This document shows positions 29,381 to 39,387 of a stretch of 50,843 bases of DNA, one piece after another; the stretch's first letter is position 1, and the number at the start of each line of letters is the position of its first letter. The stretch spans positions 1 through 50,843 of the forward strand of contig CAYOML010000005.1 of the NCBI GenBank assembly GCA_964405095.1, read 5' to 3'. Position numbers and translations under genes: made by a program. Below the pieces are notes generated by a model. It did no database searches, was not told where the DNA came from, and saw only the letters and a program-made list of their open reading frames with translations. Origin of the DNA: an uncultured Candidatus Saccharibacteria bacterium. GTDB taxonomy: Bacteria; Patescibacteriota; Saccharimonadia; Saccharimonadales; EFPC-124.

Positions 29381-30160
29381 TCACAGCTGGAATGTCGCAA
29401 CAACGGGATAATGGTCGGTCAGCACACTACTGGACACCTTGGAATCAATAACCTTCAACCCTCTATACATAATGCGGTCTGGCCGTTCTCCATTAGGAAT
29501 GGTAGGCGCCATAAGATCCAGTTCTTGTATACCCGCTTGCGACAAACGTGGCATAACTTCTCTCACTCGTGGGTTCAGATGCCCGAGGTTCAGGTCCCCC
29601 TGGATGAGTAACCGTTCACTCGAGTCCAGTAGTTGATCCTCAACATCGGAGAAAACCTCTTTAGCAACATTAGAGCTCAAATCAATCTTGAAAGGATCAA
29701 ACGGAACAAGATGAAGAGTCTCAACAACAAGCGACACACCACCAACCTCTACAATGCAAGATGTAACACCATTATCATGTGTAGTGACAGCCCTACCGTC
29801 TTTCCATATAACTTTGACAAGTGGATTTTTGAAAAGCCGAGATTTATGATTGGTGATCGGAAACCGCGCGATTATCCCCTGGCCCAGTCTCTGCCCATAC
29901 TCAAGATGTGATTCAGAATAAAAGTCGCTGACATAATAGCTATAACCAAGCCCCTGAGCAATAATCTCTACTTGATTACGCTTATCATCAGCATGCACTT
30001 CCTGCAGAGTGATAATATCTGGGTTTTCTAATCTTAAAACCTCTATGACATTATCGATATCATCCAAATTATATGAACCACCAACTAAAGCGTCGTCATC
30101 CTTTAGGCGAAACTTCCCCGCCCCTACATTCCACTGGATAGACTTTATAGTTTGAGCCAT
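29381..30160 (-). CDS. Endonuclease/exonuclease/phosphatase (EEP) family protein
   Basis: WNV, DIITLQEV, HL, GDLN, PDRI, TDHYPV. Confidence 0.92.
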   Translation of the reverse strand: MAQTIKSIQWNVGAGKFRLKDDDALVGGSYNLDDIDNVIEVLRLENPDIITLQEVHADDKRNQVEIIAQGLGYSYYVSDFYSESHLEYGQRLGQGIIARFPITNHKSRLFKNPLVKVIWKDGRAVTTHDNGVTSCIVEVGGVSLVVETLHLVPFDPFKIDLSSNVAKEVFSDVEDQLLDSSERLLIQGDLNLGHLNPRVREVMPRLSQAGIQELDLMAPTIPNGERPDRIMYRGLKVIDSKVSSSVLTDHYPVVATFQL

Positions 30161-30215
30161 AGAGTAACTATACCAAAATATGTATTTGGTGAGTCATGGC
30201 GGAACAGGTGTGGAA

Positions 30216-30613
30216 CTATTTTGTCGTCACAATTGATGCCAACGAAGCAGTGACGTCAGTGTAAGTCTCGTACTTGATTACCTTTGTAGCAACACCGTCA
30301 AAGATGTCTTTGTGTTCTACGCCTTGCTTCACAAGCACGAATATGGGCATTTTAGGCCAAAGGCAATGCCAATTTCTATAACACGACCACCTGTCGGAAA
30401 ATCAGACACATCAACCAGTAGGGCGTCACACCTGGTGAGCTCTTCTCTGGCTCTCTGCCACAATTCAACAGGGTTGTCGAAAATCTTTTGATAATTCTCT
30501 ATATCGCGTATAAACGAAAAGTCCTCCAAGCCAGCAGCACTCACTGCCGCACACAGAGCTTCTATGTCGCCACGATTTGCATCTTTAAAACGGGCTGTTA
30601 CAAATACTTTCAT
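30216..30613 (-). pseudogene. Nucleoside 2-deoxyribosyltransferase-like gene with 1-nt frameshift
   Basis: CDALLVD..TGGRVIEIGIAFGLK, then the sequence continues in another frame (MPIFVLVKQG..TTK*) across a 4-A run near 30350. Confidence 0.75.
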
Positions 30614-30729
30614 TGTTTAAATCATATCAAAAAGAGACCAAGGAGGTATCTTTTATGACATGGCTTACGCTTGGCGGACCGTGGCAGAGAATGGGTGGAA
30701 CTTTTACTCCGATGAGCTATACTGCAGCA

Positions 30730-31536
30730 ATGGTTGGTAAGCTAAAGCCCATGTATCGAATACTGAAAGCGTTTTTGATACAACTTAGTAATTCTTATGT
30801 GCCACTGCCCGACGGCCTTCAGCTGATAAACATTGGGCAAACGCAAGAGAACCGTCTCATAGCAGCCTACCGTTTCGGAACCGGAAGCCGGAAGATTTTA
30901 TTAACGTTCGGTATCCACGGCAACGAAGTTGGTACCGTAAAACTCGCCCATCATGTTGTTAATATGCTGGCGAGAGGGCAAGTACCAAAAGCACATACCG
31001 TCTATATTGTCCCGTGCCTAAATCCAGACGGGTTTGCGCTTGCCCAAAAGAATCCTGATTTTGCTAACGGAGGTGCTATTGGTCGTCTGAATGCTTCGGG
31101 CGTAGACCTTAATCGAAACTTTGCTACGCCAAGCTTTGTATCCAGAGCAACATGGTCGTACGGAAAAGGCTATTCATTATCGCGTCCGGTATTTGCCGGT
31201 GCTAAGCCATTTTCGGAAATCGAATCGCGCAGCATCGAGCAGTTTATCTTGAAACACGGTATCCAGACGTGGTGTTCCTTTCATAATGCTGGAAGTGATG
31301 TCATGGCAAGCAGCGACAAGACCGCCCAAAAAATTGCCAAAGTATTTGCAGGTATAGGCAAACTCACATTCCTAAAAGAAGCGGAGTGGCGCCGCCTTGA
31401 GCAAACGGGGACTCCAAAAGAATGGTGCGAGATGCACCATATTGCATATATTGAAGTTGAGGGCAGTAGCCGTTGGGCGTCGGATTGGACTAGGTTGAGG
31501 CCAGCTATAGAGCAGCTTATTGCGAATGCGAACTAG
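30730..31536 (+). CDS. M14 zinc carboxypeptidase (MpaA-like peptidoglycan peptide amidase)
   Basis: GIHGNE, NPDG, R.NA.GVDLNRNF, PFSE.E, SFH, IEVE; ATG 6 nt after TATACT. Confidence 0.88.
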   Translation: MVGKLKPMYRILKAFLIQLSNSYVPLPDGLQLINIGQTQENRLIAAYRFGTGSRKILLTFGIHGNEVGTVKLAHHVVNMLARGQVPKAHTVYIVPCLNPDGFALAQKNPDFANGGAIGRLNASGVDLNRNFATPSFVSRATWSYGKGYSLSRPVFAGAKPFSEIESRSIEQFILKHGIQTWCSFHNAGSDVMASSDKTAQKIAKVFAGIGKLTFLKEAEWRRLEQTGTPKEWCEMHHIAYIEVEGSSRWASDWTRLRPAIEQLIANAN

Positions 31537-31638
31537 TGCTACCAATCAATGACCTGCTTGCCGCGTGCTGGGTGCAAGCACCTGAGCGCGTCCTCGAAGG
31601 TCGAATCTCCGGTTCGAACACGCCAAGCAAGCTCGGCG

Positions 31639-31679
31639 CATAGTAAAACACCCATCGCAAGGATAGGTGTTTTACTATG
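31639..31679 (-). terminator. Hairpin terminator after tRNA-Asp
   Basis: CATAGTAAAACACC...GGTGTTTTACTATG inverted repeat. Confidence 0.75.
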
Positions 31680-31755
31680 GCGGGCCCGACCGGATTCGAA
31701 CCGGCGATCTTCTCCGTGACAGGGAGACGTGATAGGCCAACTTCACTACGAGCCC
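31678..31755 (-). tRNA. tRNA-Asp(GTC)
   Basis: GGGCTCG..TCTCC CTGTCAC GGAGA..GGTTCGAATCC..CGGGCCCGCCA. Confidence 0.96.
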
Positions 31756-31811
31756 ATGGCCATAAGACTTGCTAAGTCTAGCAATTTTAGTCTTGAATGG
31801 CAACAGGGTGA

Positions 31812-32873
31812 CTACTGGCCGGTAGCCTGCTGTAAGGTATTAAGATGTAGAATCTCCTGTATCAGATTTTCTTTACGCAACTCTGCAATCTTTTTATCTA
31901 GCACTTTATAACTTATAAAAATCCTGGCAATATGCAGATCGCCTGTATCGCGTTTTTCGAGCAGCTTCACTATGTAAAAGCCGTCGACACCTTCGATGAT
32001 TTTTGACACTTGATTTGGCTTGAGTGTAGCGGCTGCGGCAATCAGCCCACTTGGGTCATCACTCCCCTTCGTGAGCATACCCCAATCACCGCCTTGGTTT
32101 TTGGTTAGAATGTCTTCGGAATCGGCTTTAGCTATTACTGAAAAATCGCCGCCGGCTTCTATACGTTTTAGAATAGACCCCATTTTCAGTCTAGCCGCGT
32201 CGTCAAGTTTAGCCATCACTCTCTGGCGCAGTATCTGCTGTTTAACCGAGTCTTTGTATTCTTCGAATGACCAATCGTAGTAGTCGCGGATAACTTGGCG
32301 ATAGACATCTTCGGTGACGCCTAGCTTATAAGATGAGATCTGTTGCCGTACAAAGTCATCGACTTCTTGTTGACTGACAGATATGTCATTTGTGGCCGCC
32401 AGATGTTTAACTAGCGTATTTTCGATAGCTTTGTCCATGGCCAAACGCTTCTGGTAATCAAGCTGACGCCTTCCATCATCTGAACTAAAGTTAACCGCCT
32501 CCTTGGTCGAGAGATAATGAACAGCACTTCTTAGTCGCAAAAGATAATCACTGTAGCGTACCCATTCGCCATCGACTTTAGCGACTGGCAAAGGCACTAC
32601 CTCTGTTAAACGATACATAAACCTATCGGTGGATTGCACGCCATAGAGCTGCCAGAAACAAAAGCCAGAAAACAACAACATTACTGCAATAACAAGCGCT
32701 ACAGTAATGATAAGAAGTCGATGCTTCGTATATTGCAAAGGATATTTAAACTTGCGGCCGCCGGCTAAAACGCGCTCGCGGTGCTCTGCGACTGTTTCGT
32801 TTGTAATACGGCCACCAGTTTCTGGCGGTGCAACGTTCTGTTTCCTGAATGGTTTATGTAGTAAATTCTTCAT
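31812..32873 (-). CDS. SurA/PrsA-like peptidylprolyl isomerase (PpiC domain)
   Basis: TM anchor, VAKVDG, F..IAK..SED..TK..GGDWG, VS.IIE...GFYIVK. Confidence 0.85.
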   Translation of the reverse strand: MKNLLHKPFRKQNVAPPETGGRITNETVAEHRERVLAGGRKFKYPLQYTKHRLLIITVALVIAVMLLFSGFCFWQLYGVQSTDRFMYRLTEVVPLPVAKVDGEWVRYSDYLLRLRSAVHYLSTKEAVNFSSDDGRRQLDYQKRLAMDKAIENTLVKHLAATNDISVSQQEVDDFVRQQISSYKLGVTEDVYRQVIRDYYDWSFEEYKDSVKQQILRQRVMAKLDDAARLKMGSILKRIEAGGDFSVIAKADSEDILTKNQGGDWGMLTKGSDDPSGLIAAAATLKPNQVSKIIEGVDGFYIVKLLEKRDTGDLHIARIFISYKVLDKKIAELRKENLIQEILHLNTLQQATGQ

Positions 32874-33372
32874 CGTTTATTGTGGCGTCAGACGCTCCGT
32901 ACTGGCGGATAACTTGAGATAGGTCGTTGTATATCTTACCTGGTTGGTGAATTTTATCGAGATAAAGATCACCCACATACGTTTGTACAACCATAGTTCC
33001 AAAGCCCAGCATAGATGCAGTAAAACCAGGTATATTATAGCTTATGTTTTGGATCTTCGATATGCCGAGATCTATCACGCTTCGATTGAAAAACCCTTTT
33101 TGGGTCACCTGTCTCAGGCGCTGGTCGGTCACTATAAAGACACTGAAATACCAGCCAATCCAGTGATAAAAGAACAATGTTATTCCAAGTCCTAGCCCAC
33201 CAAAGGCCAACCATAGATTGTTGAGGTTATCAGGCCAGATGAGAACCGGGATTGAGGCTATCAGAAAAGGTATGGCCAGGGCGTAGAAACCTTTACGCAT
33301 GGCTATGATGTGGCGCCTGAATGTAAAGATGATTTGTTCACCTTCGTGTTGGCCTTCAAACAGTGTACCCAT
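32854..33372 (-). CDS. PH-domain (bPH_2-like) membrane protein
   Basis: GEQI....RRH, two TMs, IVTDQR....QKGFF, KIQNI, GFGT..VQT. Confidence 0.8.
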   Translation of the reverse strand: MGTLFEGQHEGEQIIFTFRRHIIAMRKGFYALAIPFLIASIPVLIWPDNLNNLWLAFGGLGLGITLFFYHWIGWYFSVFIVTDQRLRQVTQKGFFNRSVIDLGISKIQNISYNIPGFTASMLGFGTMVVQTYVGDLYLDKIHQPGKIYNDLSQVIRQYGASDATINDEEFTT

Positions 33373-33424
33373 ATTGATTTATTATACGTTCCCGGCCAGT
33401 ATCCGACTAGTAGTGCTATAAGCT

Positions 33425-33502
33425 TGGTACTCCGGGCAAGATTTGAACTTGCGACACCCTCCTTAGGACGGAGGTGCTCTATCCAGGCTGAGCTACCGGA
33501 GC
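33425..33502 (-). tRNA. tRNA-Arg(CCT)
   Basis: GCTCCGG..CCTCC GTCCTAA GGAGG..GTTCAAATC..CCGGAGTACCA. Confidence 0.94.
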
Positions 33503-33521
33503 ATATAGGTATTATAGCAAT

Positions 33522-33650
33522 CACCCTCCTTCACACTCTTCCTCTCGTTCGGCTAAAGCCTCCACTCGAGCTTAAAGTCGGAGTACATAACCTGCAGACT
33601 TGCAGGTTATGGGACGGAGGTGCTCTATCCAGGCTGAGCTACCGGAGCAT
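33522..33650 (-). pseudogene. Partial duplicate of tRNA-Arg(CCT) with 79-nt insert in the anticodon loop
   Basis: 33612-33650 is identical to 33466-33504 (39 bp); 33522-33531 is identical to 33455-33464 (10 bp). Confidence 0.8.
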
Positions 33651-33684
33651 GTGGCTCAGTATACCGCAGACTGCTACTAGCCGA

Positions 33685-34323
33685 CTAGTAATACTTGCCA
33701 TACATCATTAGGTCATGGCCGAGGTCGTAATCATGCATTTCATCATCACCGAACCAGAGGTTAATCTCGTGTTCGGCTTCTGCTTTATTTTCGCTGGCAT
33801 GAAAGATGTTGTGGATGGCCCGTTTTTCAGCGTTGGCGACTGCCGGACTGTCGACTGAGAAATCACCACGAATCGTACCGACGGCCGCTTTAAACGGCAA
33901 CGTGTGGCCGGCTAGTTTGCGCACCATCTCGATGGCCTGAATACCCTCGACAACCATGCAAACTACTGGACCAGACTGCAAGTAATCGACTAAGCTTTGG
34001 ACTACGTCTTGGCCAAGAACCATTTTATCGGTCGAGCCCAAGACTTCTTCAACATTGATTTCTGGGTTGTTCTCGAAGCCGCTCAAACCCTTTTCACCAA
34101 GCCGCATTACCCAGACCTCATCACTTGTTGGGTAATGGGCTTTAGCTTGTTCAACAGTTGGACGTACCATTTTAAGAGCTACTACTTTGAGACCGGCCTT
34201 TTCGAGACGATGAATAATTTCACCCACTAAACCGCGCATAACACCATCTGGTTTGACCATACAAAACGTATGTTCGTAACGAATCTTGTGGATCTCAGGA
34301 TGTAGGTGGCTTGATTTTGCCAT
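33685..34323 (-). CDS. ndk: Nucleoside diphosphate kinase
   Basis: TFCMVKPDG..RGLVGEII, SGPVV, GTIRGDF, NIFHAS. Confidence 0.95.
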   Translation of the reverse strand: MAKSSHLHPEIHKIRYEHTFCMVKPDGVMRGLVGEIIHRLEKAGLKVVALKMVRPTVEQAKAHYPTSDEVWVMRLGEKGLSGFENNPEINVEEVLGSTDKMVLGQDVVQSLVDYLQSGPVVCMVVEGIQAIEMVRKLAGHTLPFKAAVGTIRGDFSVDSPAVANAEKRAIHNIFHASENKAEAEHEINLWFGDDEMHDYDLGHDLMMYGKYY

Positions 34324-34389
34324 AAAACTTATCTGCCCCTTCCCGGGTACTTAGGTTGGCCTGTTCCCTACTAGCTTATCAACAGATGA

Positions 34390-35187
34390 CTAAGCAAACA
34401 AGAGTGTTGCGAAAATTACTGCTGCAAGCGCCAAGCGATAGTACCCAAAGATTTTAAAGTTGCCTTTGGCTAAAAACCTAAGCATAAAACTAACGGCAAA
34501 CAGCCCACAGGCAAAAGCAGCCAGGTTGCTTACTACCCACACACCAAAATTGGCCGTAATGAACTCGCGGCCGGCATGGCCCAAGAAACCTTTCAACAAC
34601 ACTCCAGCCATAACAGGTATAGATAGTAGGAAGCTATACTCGGCAGCTTGTCGGTAGCTTAAACCTAAGAGCCGGCCAGCTACCATAGTCGCTCCAGAAC
34701 GTGACGTACCTGGTATAAGCGCCACAACTTGTGCCAGACCAATCAAGGCAGACCTAGCAGGGCTTAATTGATCCTCAACTGCAAGTTCGCTAAGTTTGGG
34801 CAACTTATCAATGACTACCATGACAATACCAATGAGGGCTAACATAATTGCCACTGTTAGTGGCTGCTGGATAAAAGCCTGCTCAAAGAAGTCAGCGAAC
34901 AAAAAACCGATAACACCCACTGGAATAGCCGAAATAATAAGGTTGCGTGCCAGGCGTATATCGCGTTGCTGGATAATTCTCTGCATTATACCGAGGATAC
35001 GTCGCCAAAAATAAACGACTAGAGCCAGAAAAGTACCAAGGTTAACTAATATATCAAATGTTGGCGAAGTTTGCAGACCCAGAAAATGCTGCCCAAGCAC
35101 CAGGTGCCCAGAGCTAGAAACAGGGATGAATTCGGTCAGCCCCTGCAAGATACCCAAAATAAGACCGTCAAGAATGGTCATTGCCAT
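34390..35187 (-). CDS. uppP: Undecaprenyl-diphosphatase
   Basis: QGLTEFIPVSSSGH, PGTSRSGAT, AEYSFLLSIP, FGYYR. Confidence 0.97.
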   Translation of the reverse strand: MAMTILDGLILGILQGLTEFIPVSSSGHLVLGQHFLGLQTSPTFDILVNLGTFLALVVYFWRRILGIMQRIIQQRDIRLARNLIISAIPVGVIGFLFADFFEQAFIQQPLTVAIMLALIGIVMVVIDKLPKLSELAVEDQLSPARSALIGLAQVVALIPGTSRSGATMVAGRLLGLSYRQAAEYSFLLSIPVMAGVLLKGFLGHAGREFITANFGVWVVSNLAAFACGLFAVSFMLRFLAKGNFKIFGYYRLALAAVIFATLLFA

Positions 35188-35237
35188 AAGTATTGTATCG
35201 TACTTAAGATAGCCTGCACACTTGCTACAATAGGTAC

Positions 35238-36167
35238 ATGGGGCATTATTTGTCAGAGCTAATTGTCGACTTTTTAGAGTATCTGGAAGTCGAACAAAAC
35301 CGTTCTCAAAAGACAGCCGAGAATTATCATCTGTATCTGATGCGTTTGGTTGAATTTAGTGAAGACGTAACGGTCGAAAAGATTAATGACGAGCTAGTAC
35401 GCAAATGGCGGCTTTGGCTGGCCAGGTTCAAGGATGAGCATGGCCAAGAATTGTCTAAGATCACCCAAAGTTACCACTTAATTGCTTTGCGTAGTTTTTT
35501 GCGGTTTTGTTCGAAGCGCGGCATTGCCAGCCTGGCCCCAGACCACGTTGAGCTACCGCGTGTAGCCCGCAAACAAGTTAGCTTTTTGCAACAGGATGAA
35601 TTAAGCCGCCTCTTTAGCCAAATTAAGTCAGATAGTTTAATTGGCATGCGTGACCAGGCCATTATTGCCTTGCTCTACTCGAGCGGGCTGCGTGTGTCGG
35701 AGCTGACAAAATTGGATCGCGGGCATATTAATTTGGATCGACGTGAGTTTATGGTACGCGGCAAGGGCCAAAAAGACAGGTTAGTTTTTGTGGACGAGGG
35801 CTCGGCCGAGCTGATTGCCCAATACCTAAGTAAACGTACTGATGCCCTGCAACCACTATTCATTCGCTACGGCGGTCACGAGGCTTTGGATCAGTCCGGC
35901 AATTTTGGCCGCCTGACACCAAGGAGTATTCAGCGAATTGTCAGCCACTATGCGAGCATGGCAGGCATTACCAAGCATGTCTCACCCCACACGCTAAGAC
36001 ATTCCTTTGCTACTGATTTACTGATGAACGGCGCAGATATTAGAAGTGTTCAGACGTTGCTTGGGCATAGCAATATTTCGACAACTCAAATCTACACCCA
36101 CGTAACTGACCCTCATCTTCGTGACATTCATAGTAAATTCCACAATGATATTGGCAAAAAGATCTGA
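35238..36167 (+). CDS. xerC: Tyrosine recombinase XerC/XerD family
   Basis: YSSGLRVSEL, VRGKG.K.R, SPHTLRHSFAT, LLGH..ISTTQIY. Confidence 0.88.
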   Translation: MGHYLSELIVDFLEYLEVEQNRSQKTAENYHLYLMRLVEFSEDVTVEKINDELVRKWRLWLARFKDEHGQELSKITQSYHLIALRSFLRFCSKRGIASLAPDHVELPRVARKQVSFLQQDELSRLFSQIKSDSLIGMRDQAIIALLYSSGLRVSELTKLDRGHINLDRREFMVRGKGQKDRLVFVDEGSAELIAQYLSKRTDALQPLFIRYGGHEALDQSGNFGRLTPRSIQRIVSHYASMAGITKHVSPHTLRHSFATDLLMNGADIRSVQTLLGHSNISTTQIYTHVTDPHLRDIHSKFHNDIGKKI

Positions 36168-36175
36168 TTATCTAC

Positions 36176-37372
36176 CTACGGGCAGTTATTAGCAACATAG
36201 TAAGTACCGTTGCTTACAACAAGATTCTTGCAGATAGTAGTCGCAGATTCTATAACGTATTCGGGTAAAATGCCCGGCGGGTTGAGTCTTACCCGCGATT
36301 GTATGCGCCGATAAACATCAGCCGCTCTGCCAGTCGAGTCAATAATTGGTTGTACCCCATCGAAGTTGATAGCCGTACCATTGTGTTGCATGACTACCGA
36401 GAAATGAGATTGTCCATAGATAGGTGTGACCCTCAAGAAGTAGCTATTGGTGGGACCACGCAGGGCTGCGATGTTCGGTAGCTCGAGCGTAGCTGCGCAG
36501 GCGTAACTACCGAGGTTAGACCCTGGGTTGTCCTTGCATTTGATCGCTTGCAAAACAAGTTTACTCTGATCAAAACCTCTAGGGTCGATTGTACCAAAGT
36601 TGATGGGGGTATTCTCGTCTACGGCCGTTCCACTCGTGCTAACGGTTGGCACAAGTAATACTGTGTAGCTTCGCGCGTCAATATCGGCTCGAGTAAATGC
36701 AAAGTTGTTGGGATAGCCATAGATCTGGACTCGCAGGTAGGCAGGATAGCCTTGGCTAGACCAGCTGTTTGTAGGGTTGCCATTTACATTAACTAATGGC
36801 CGGAGCGCGGTGCTACTGGCGTAATTAGTCGGAGTCCCATCACCGTCGGCGTTGATACTCTGGCTGAGGAGGTGCCACGAGATCTTTACTCGCTCAAATC
36901 CGGCAGGCTCATCGGTCACAAGTGGAACAAAATCACTATTGCCAGCTGAGACCATGTTTATGTAGTTTGGTGATTTTAGGTTAACTGTCAGACACGTGTA
37001 GTACTGATTAAGTTGAGAATTACCGATGACATTTCCACCTACGTCTAAGTTAAGCGAGGTACGAATCGTCGGTGAACTGGTAAGCGCATCACACTGGGTA
37101 TTGTTAGTTAGAGCCGAAGCCAGAGCCGCCTTAAGAGTAGCGTCAGATGTTGTGTAATATGACAAGACCGCCCGCTTACCGTCCTCCACTCCTGATTCAG
37201 CGGCACTAAGAGCTGAAGCAGTTAAATCATTATCGAGCGATTGTTGTTGTTCAATCCCCATGATACGCAGGAACCCAATGGTGATAACTGTAATAAGCAG
37301 CATAAAGAAGATGACGGTAAACAGAGATACGAACCCGGCTTGCTTATTGTTGGTAGCTGGCTGACGTTTCAT
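36176..37372 (-). CDS. PilX-like minor pilin
   Basis: QAG/FVSL class III signal lacking Glu5; A..AAESGVE motif. Confidence 0.8.
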   Translation of the reverse strand: MKRQPATNNKQAGFVSLFTVIFFMLLITVITIGFLRIMGIEQQQSLDNDLTASALSAAESGVEDGKRAVLSYYTTSDATLKAALASALTNNTQCDALTSSPTIRTSLNLDVGGNVIGNSQLNQYYTCLTVNLKSPNYINMVSAGNSDFVPLVTDEPAGFERVKISWHLLSQSINADGDGTPTNYASSTALRPLVNVNGNPTNSWSSQGYPAYLRVQIYGYPNNFAFTRADIDARSYTVLLVPTVSTSGTAVDENTPINFGTIDPRGFDQSKLVLQAIKCKDNPGSNLGSYACAATLELPNIAALRGPTNSYFLRVTPIYGQSHFSVVMQHNGTAINFDGVQPIIDSTGRAADVYRRIQSRVRLNPPGILPEYVIESATTICKNLVVSNGTYYVANNCP

Positions 37373-37373
37373 C

Positions 37374-38045
37374 TTAATATCCTCCTCTTGCATCGACTGT
37401 TGTTGTAAAGTTAGCTACAGAGCAAAACTGTCCGCCACTTCCACCTTTACATTTTACTCTTTGAATCGGGTCGGGGTTAGCTGAATCATAGCTCAGTGCA
37501 GGTTCGGCTACATCATCCGCGGTCGATAGTTGCATGAATACTTGATAGAACCCGCCTCCGGCCTGAGGTGTCACGGTCAGCTGATGAACCCATACTCTGT
37601 CGGTTATAAGCTCGGTTGCTTTAGTACGGTCAATCTGGGGATATACCCCTGCAGAGGCAACACAAAGACTTGAACCTGGATCCTCAACCCGAGCAAATGT
37701 CACTCGACTATTGTCTGTATAAGTATTAGCTGCGCTGTTGGTAAAGTTCCAGACGTAGCTAACTCCGCCAAAACAAACTCGCGCCTTGCTACCACCCGGA
37801 TCAGTTAGTGGTGCGGTAACCACGCTGTAGCGACTAGTAGAACGTATGATGCGTGACATGTCCTCGGTTATCGCTCTTGCAGTTTGGTTAATCTCCTTTA
37901 CGGCCAAACCCTTATTGTAGGTGCTCATGACCTGGATAATGGTAGTAATAGCAAAGATCATCACGAAACCAACAAAGGCTAAGGCCAGCATGAGCTCTAC
38001 GAGAGTGAAGCCACGACTACGATGTCTTCTAACGTGATGGATCAT
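37374..38045 (-). CDS. Minor pilin (PilW-like)
   Basis: RG/FTLVE prepilin motif. Confidence 0.85.
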   Translation of the reverse strand: MIHHVRRHRSRGFTLVELMLALAFVGFVMIFAITTIIQVMSTYNKGLAVKEINQTARAITEDMSRIIRSTSRYSVVTAPLTDPGGSKARVCFGGVSYVWNFTNSAANTYTDNSRVTFARVEDPGSSLCVASAGVYPQIDRTKATELITDRVWVHQLTVTPQAGGGFYQVFMQLSTADDVAEPALSYDSANPDPIQRVKCKGGSGGQFCSVANFTTTVDARGGY

Positions 38046-38586
38046 ATAACCTCACAGCTGTCACCGTACGTTGCTGACCAGCACTACCCGAACCCTGCCA
38101 ACAGGCTCTGATAACAAAATCTGTATATGCCGGAGTAATGCCACCTGGCGAATTGACCGATTCTATCCACAAGCCATCACCGGCCGTTGCGACGGTCTGA
38201 GGCTGTGAGGCTGTATACGTATTGTAGTGAGTCGAACTACCAACTATCGACATATAAAAGGCCTGCTTAGTGCCGCTAATGTTGCAGGTATCATCGTAGG
38301 TGATTGGTTGCTGATCGGTGGCAGATATGATCGCCGCCCATTGTTGGGCACTGACACTACCTGCCGTACCATACGTTACATAATAGTCGCGGCTGTAGCG
38401 AAGCATATCAATCTGGCCATTTATCGATAATCTCACCTGCGAATGCTCTAGGGCCACTTGCGCGGCTGCCAAGCCACGGTTCATCATGGTAATAGCGCCC
38501 ACGATAACCACGCTAATAATTACAATGGCCATCAGCACCTCTACCAAGGTGTCGCCGCGCTGCCTAAAAAAGAGATTACGTGCCAT
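38029..38586 (-). CDS. Minor pilin (PilV-like)
   Basis: RG/DTLVEV prepilin motif. Confidence 0.85.
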   Translation of the reverse strand: MARNLFFRQRGDTLVEVLMAIVIISVVIVGAITMMNRGLAAAQVALEHSQVRLSINGQIDMLRYSRDYYVTYGTAGSVSAQQWAAIISATDQQPITYDDTCNISGTKQAFYMSIVGSSTHYNTYTASQPQTVATAGDGLWIESVNSPGGITPAYTDFVIRACWQGSGSAGQQRTVTAVRLYDPSR

Positions 38587-39346
38587 TACATTCGTCCCCA
38601 CTCGTATCTGCATCAAAGATGACATTCACAGCACTCTGTGTCGGTGCACCAGTCACAATCATTTTAGCAGGTAATCCAAGGTTGTCAGCGTTCTTAACGC
38701 AAAAGTTGGTCGTCTGACCAAGGTTAGCGCTATTAGTTACCACTGCATTTCCGTCAATATCTAACAACGTGGTACTAATCGTAGTCGGTGGCTTGTAGGT
38801 GTAGCTAAGTATGCGACTAGATTTAGGGCTACGGACCAACACCAAAGCCGTAACAGCCTTATTATCGCTGAGGCGCTTAGTGCCCGAGATAACCGCTTCC
38901 CATGGGATATCATAAGTGCTGACCCCCGTATTAGTAATAACTGTCGGATTAAATGCGGTAACCAGTTGTTGATCCGATTGGGTGTAATCCACCCCAGCAG
39001 GTTCCGAACCAATAACGTTATATACAGTAATATTAAAGCTGTTAAGACCAAACACGAGCAGTCTGCCTAGTAATAAACAGTTGCTCGTCCCCGGGGTCTG
39101 GTTGCTGCCAGTGCTGACGATACCGCCTGAACATGTCTCGAGGCCTGGGCGAGTGTTCAGACCGTTAATGATGTCGTCGTACTGGCGCTGTACGAAAGCC
39201 ACCAATGAGTGGTTACTGTCACTGAATCGAACGGTGCGTATGCTCGAGCCGGTTCCGATTAAAACAATCAGGAACAACAGCCCAGTTATACCCAGGAACA
39301 ATGTGACTTCAATAACTGTGTAGCCTGCCTGGCGAACGCCATCCAT
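38576..39346 (-). CDS. Minor pilin (FimT/FimU-like)
   Basis: AG/YTVIE prepilin motif; ATG 9 nt after TGCTATAAT. Confidence 0.85.
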   Translation of the reverse strand: MDGVRQAGYTVIEVTLFLGITGLLFLIVLIGTGSSIRTVRFSDSNHSLVAFVQRQYDDIINGLNTRPGLETCSGGIVSTGSNQTPGTSNCLLLGRLLVFGLNSFNITVYNVIGSEPAGVDYTQSDQQLVTAFNPTVITNTGVSTYDIPWEAVISGTKRLSDNKAVTALVLVRSPKSSRILSYTYKPPTTISTTLLDIDGNAVVTNSANLGQTTNFCVKNADNLGLPAKMIVTGAPTQSAVNVIFDADTSGDECNGT

Positions 39347-39387
39347 TTGAACCTGATTATAGCATAAGCGGGTTCTTAACTCATCTA

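Noticed and set aside
33303-33711. ORFs 33303-33524 and 33310-33711
   Set aside because: They overlap tRNA-Arg and its duplicate.
35238-36167. Prophage or island integrase
   Set aside because: The sequence is typical of chromosomal Xer recombinases and is flanked by core genes, with no phage genes.
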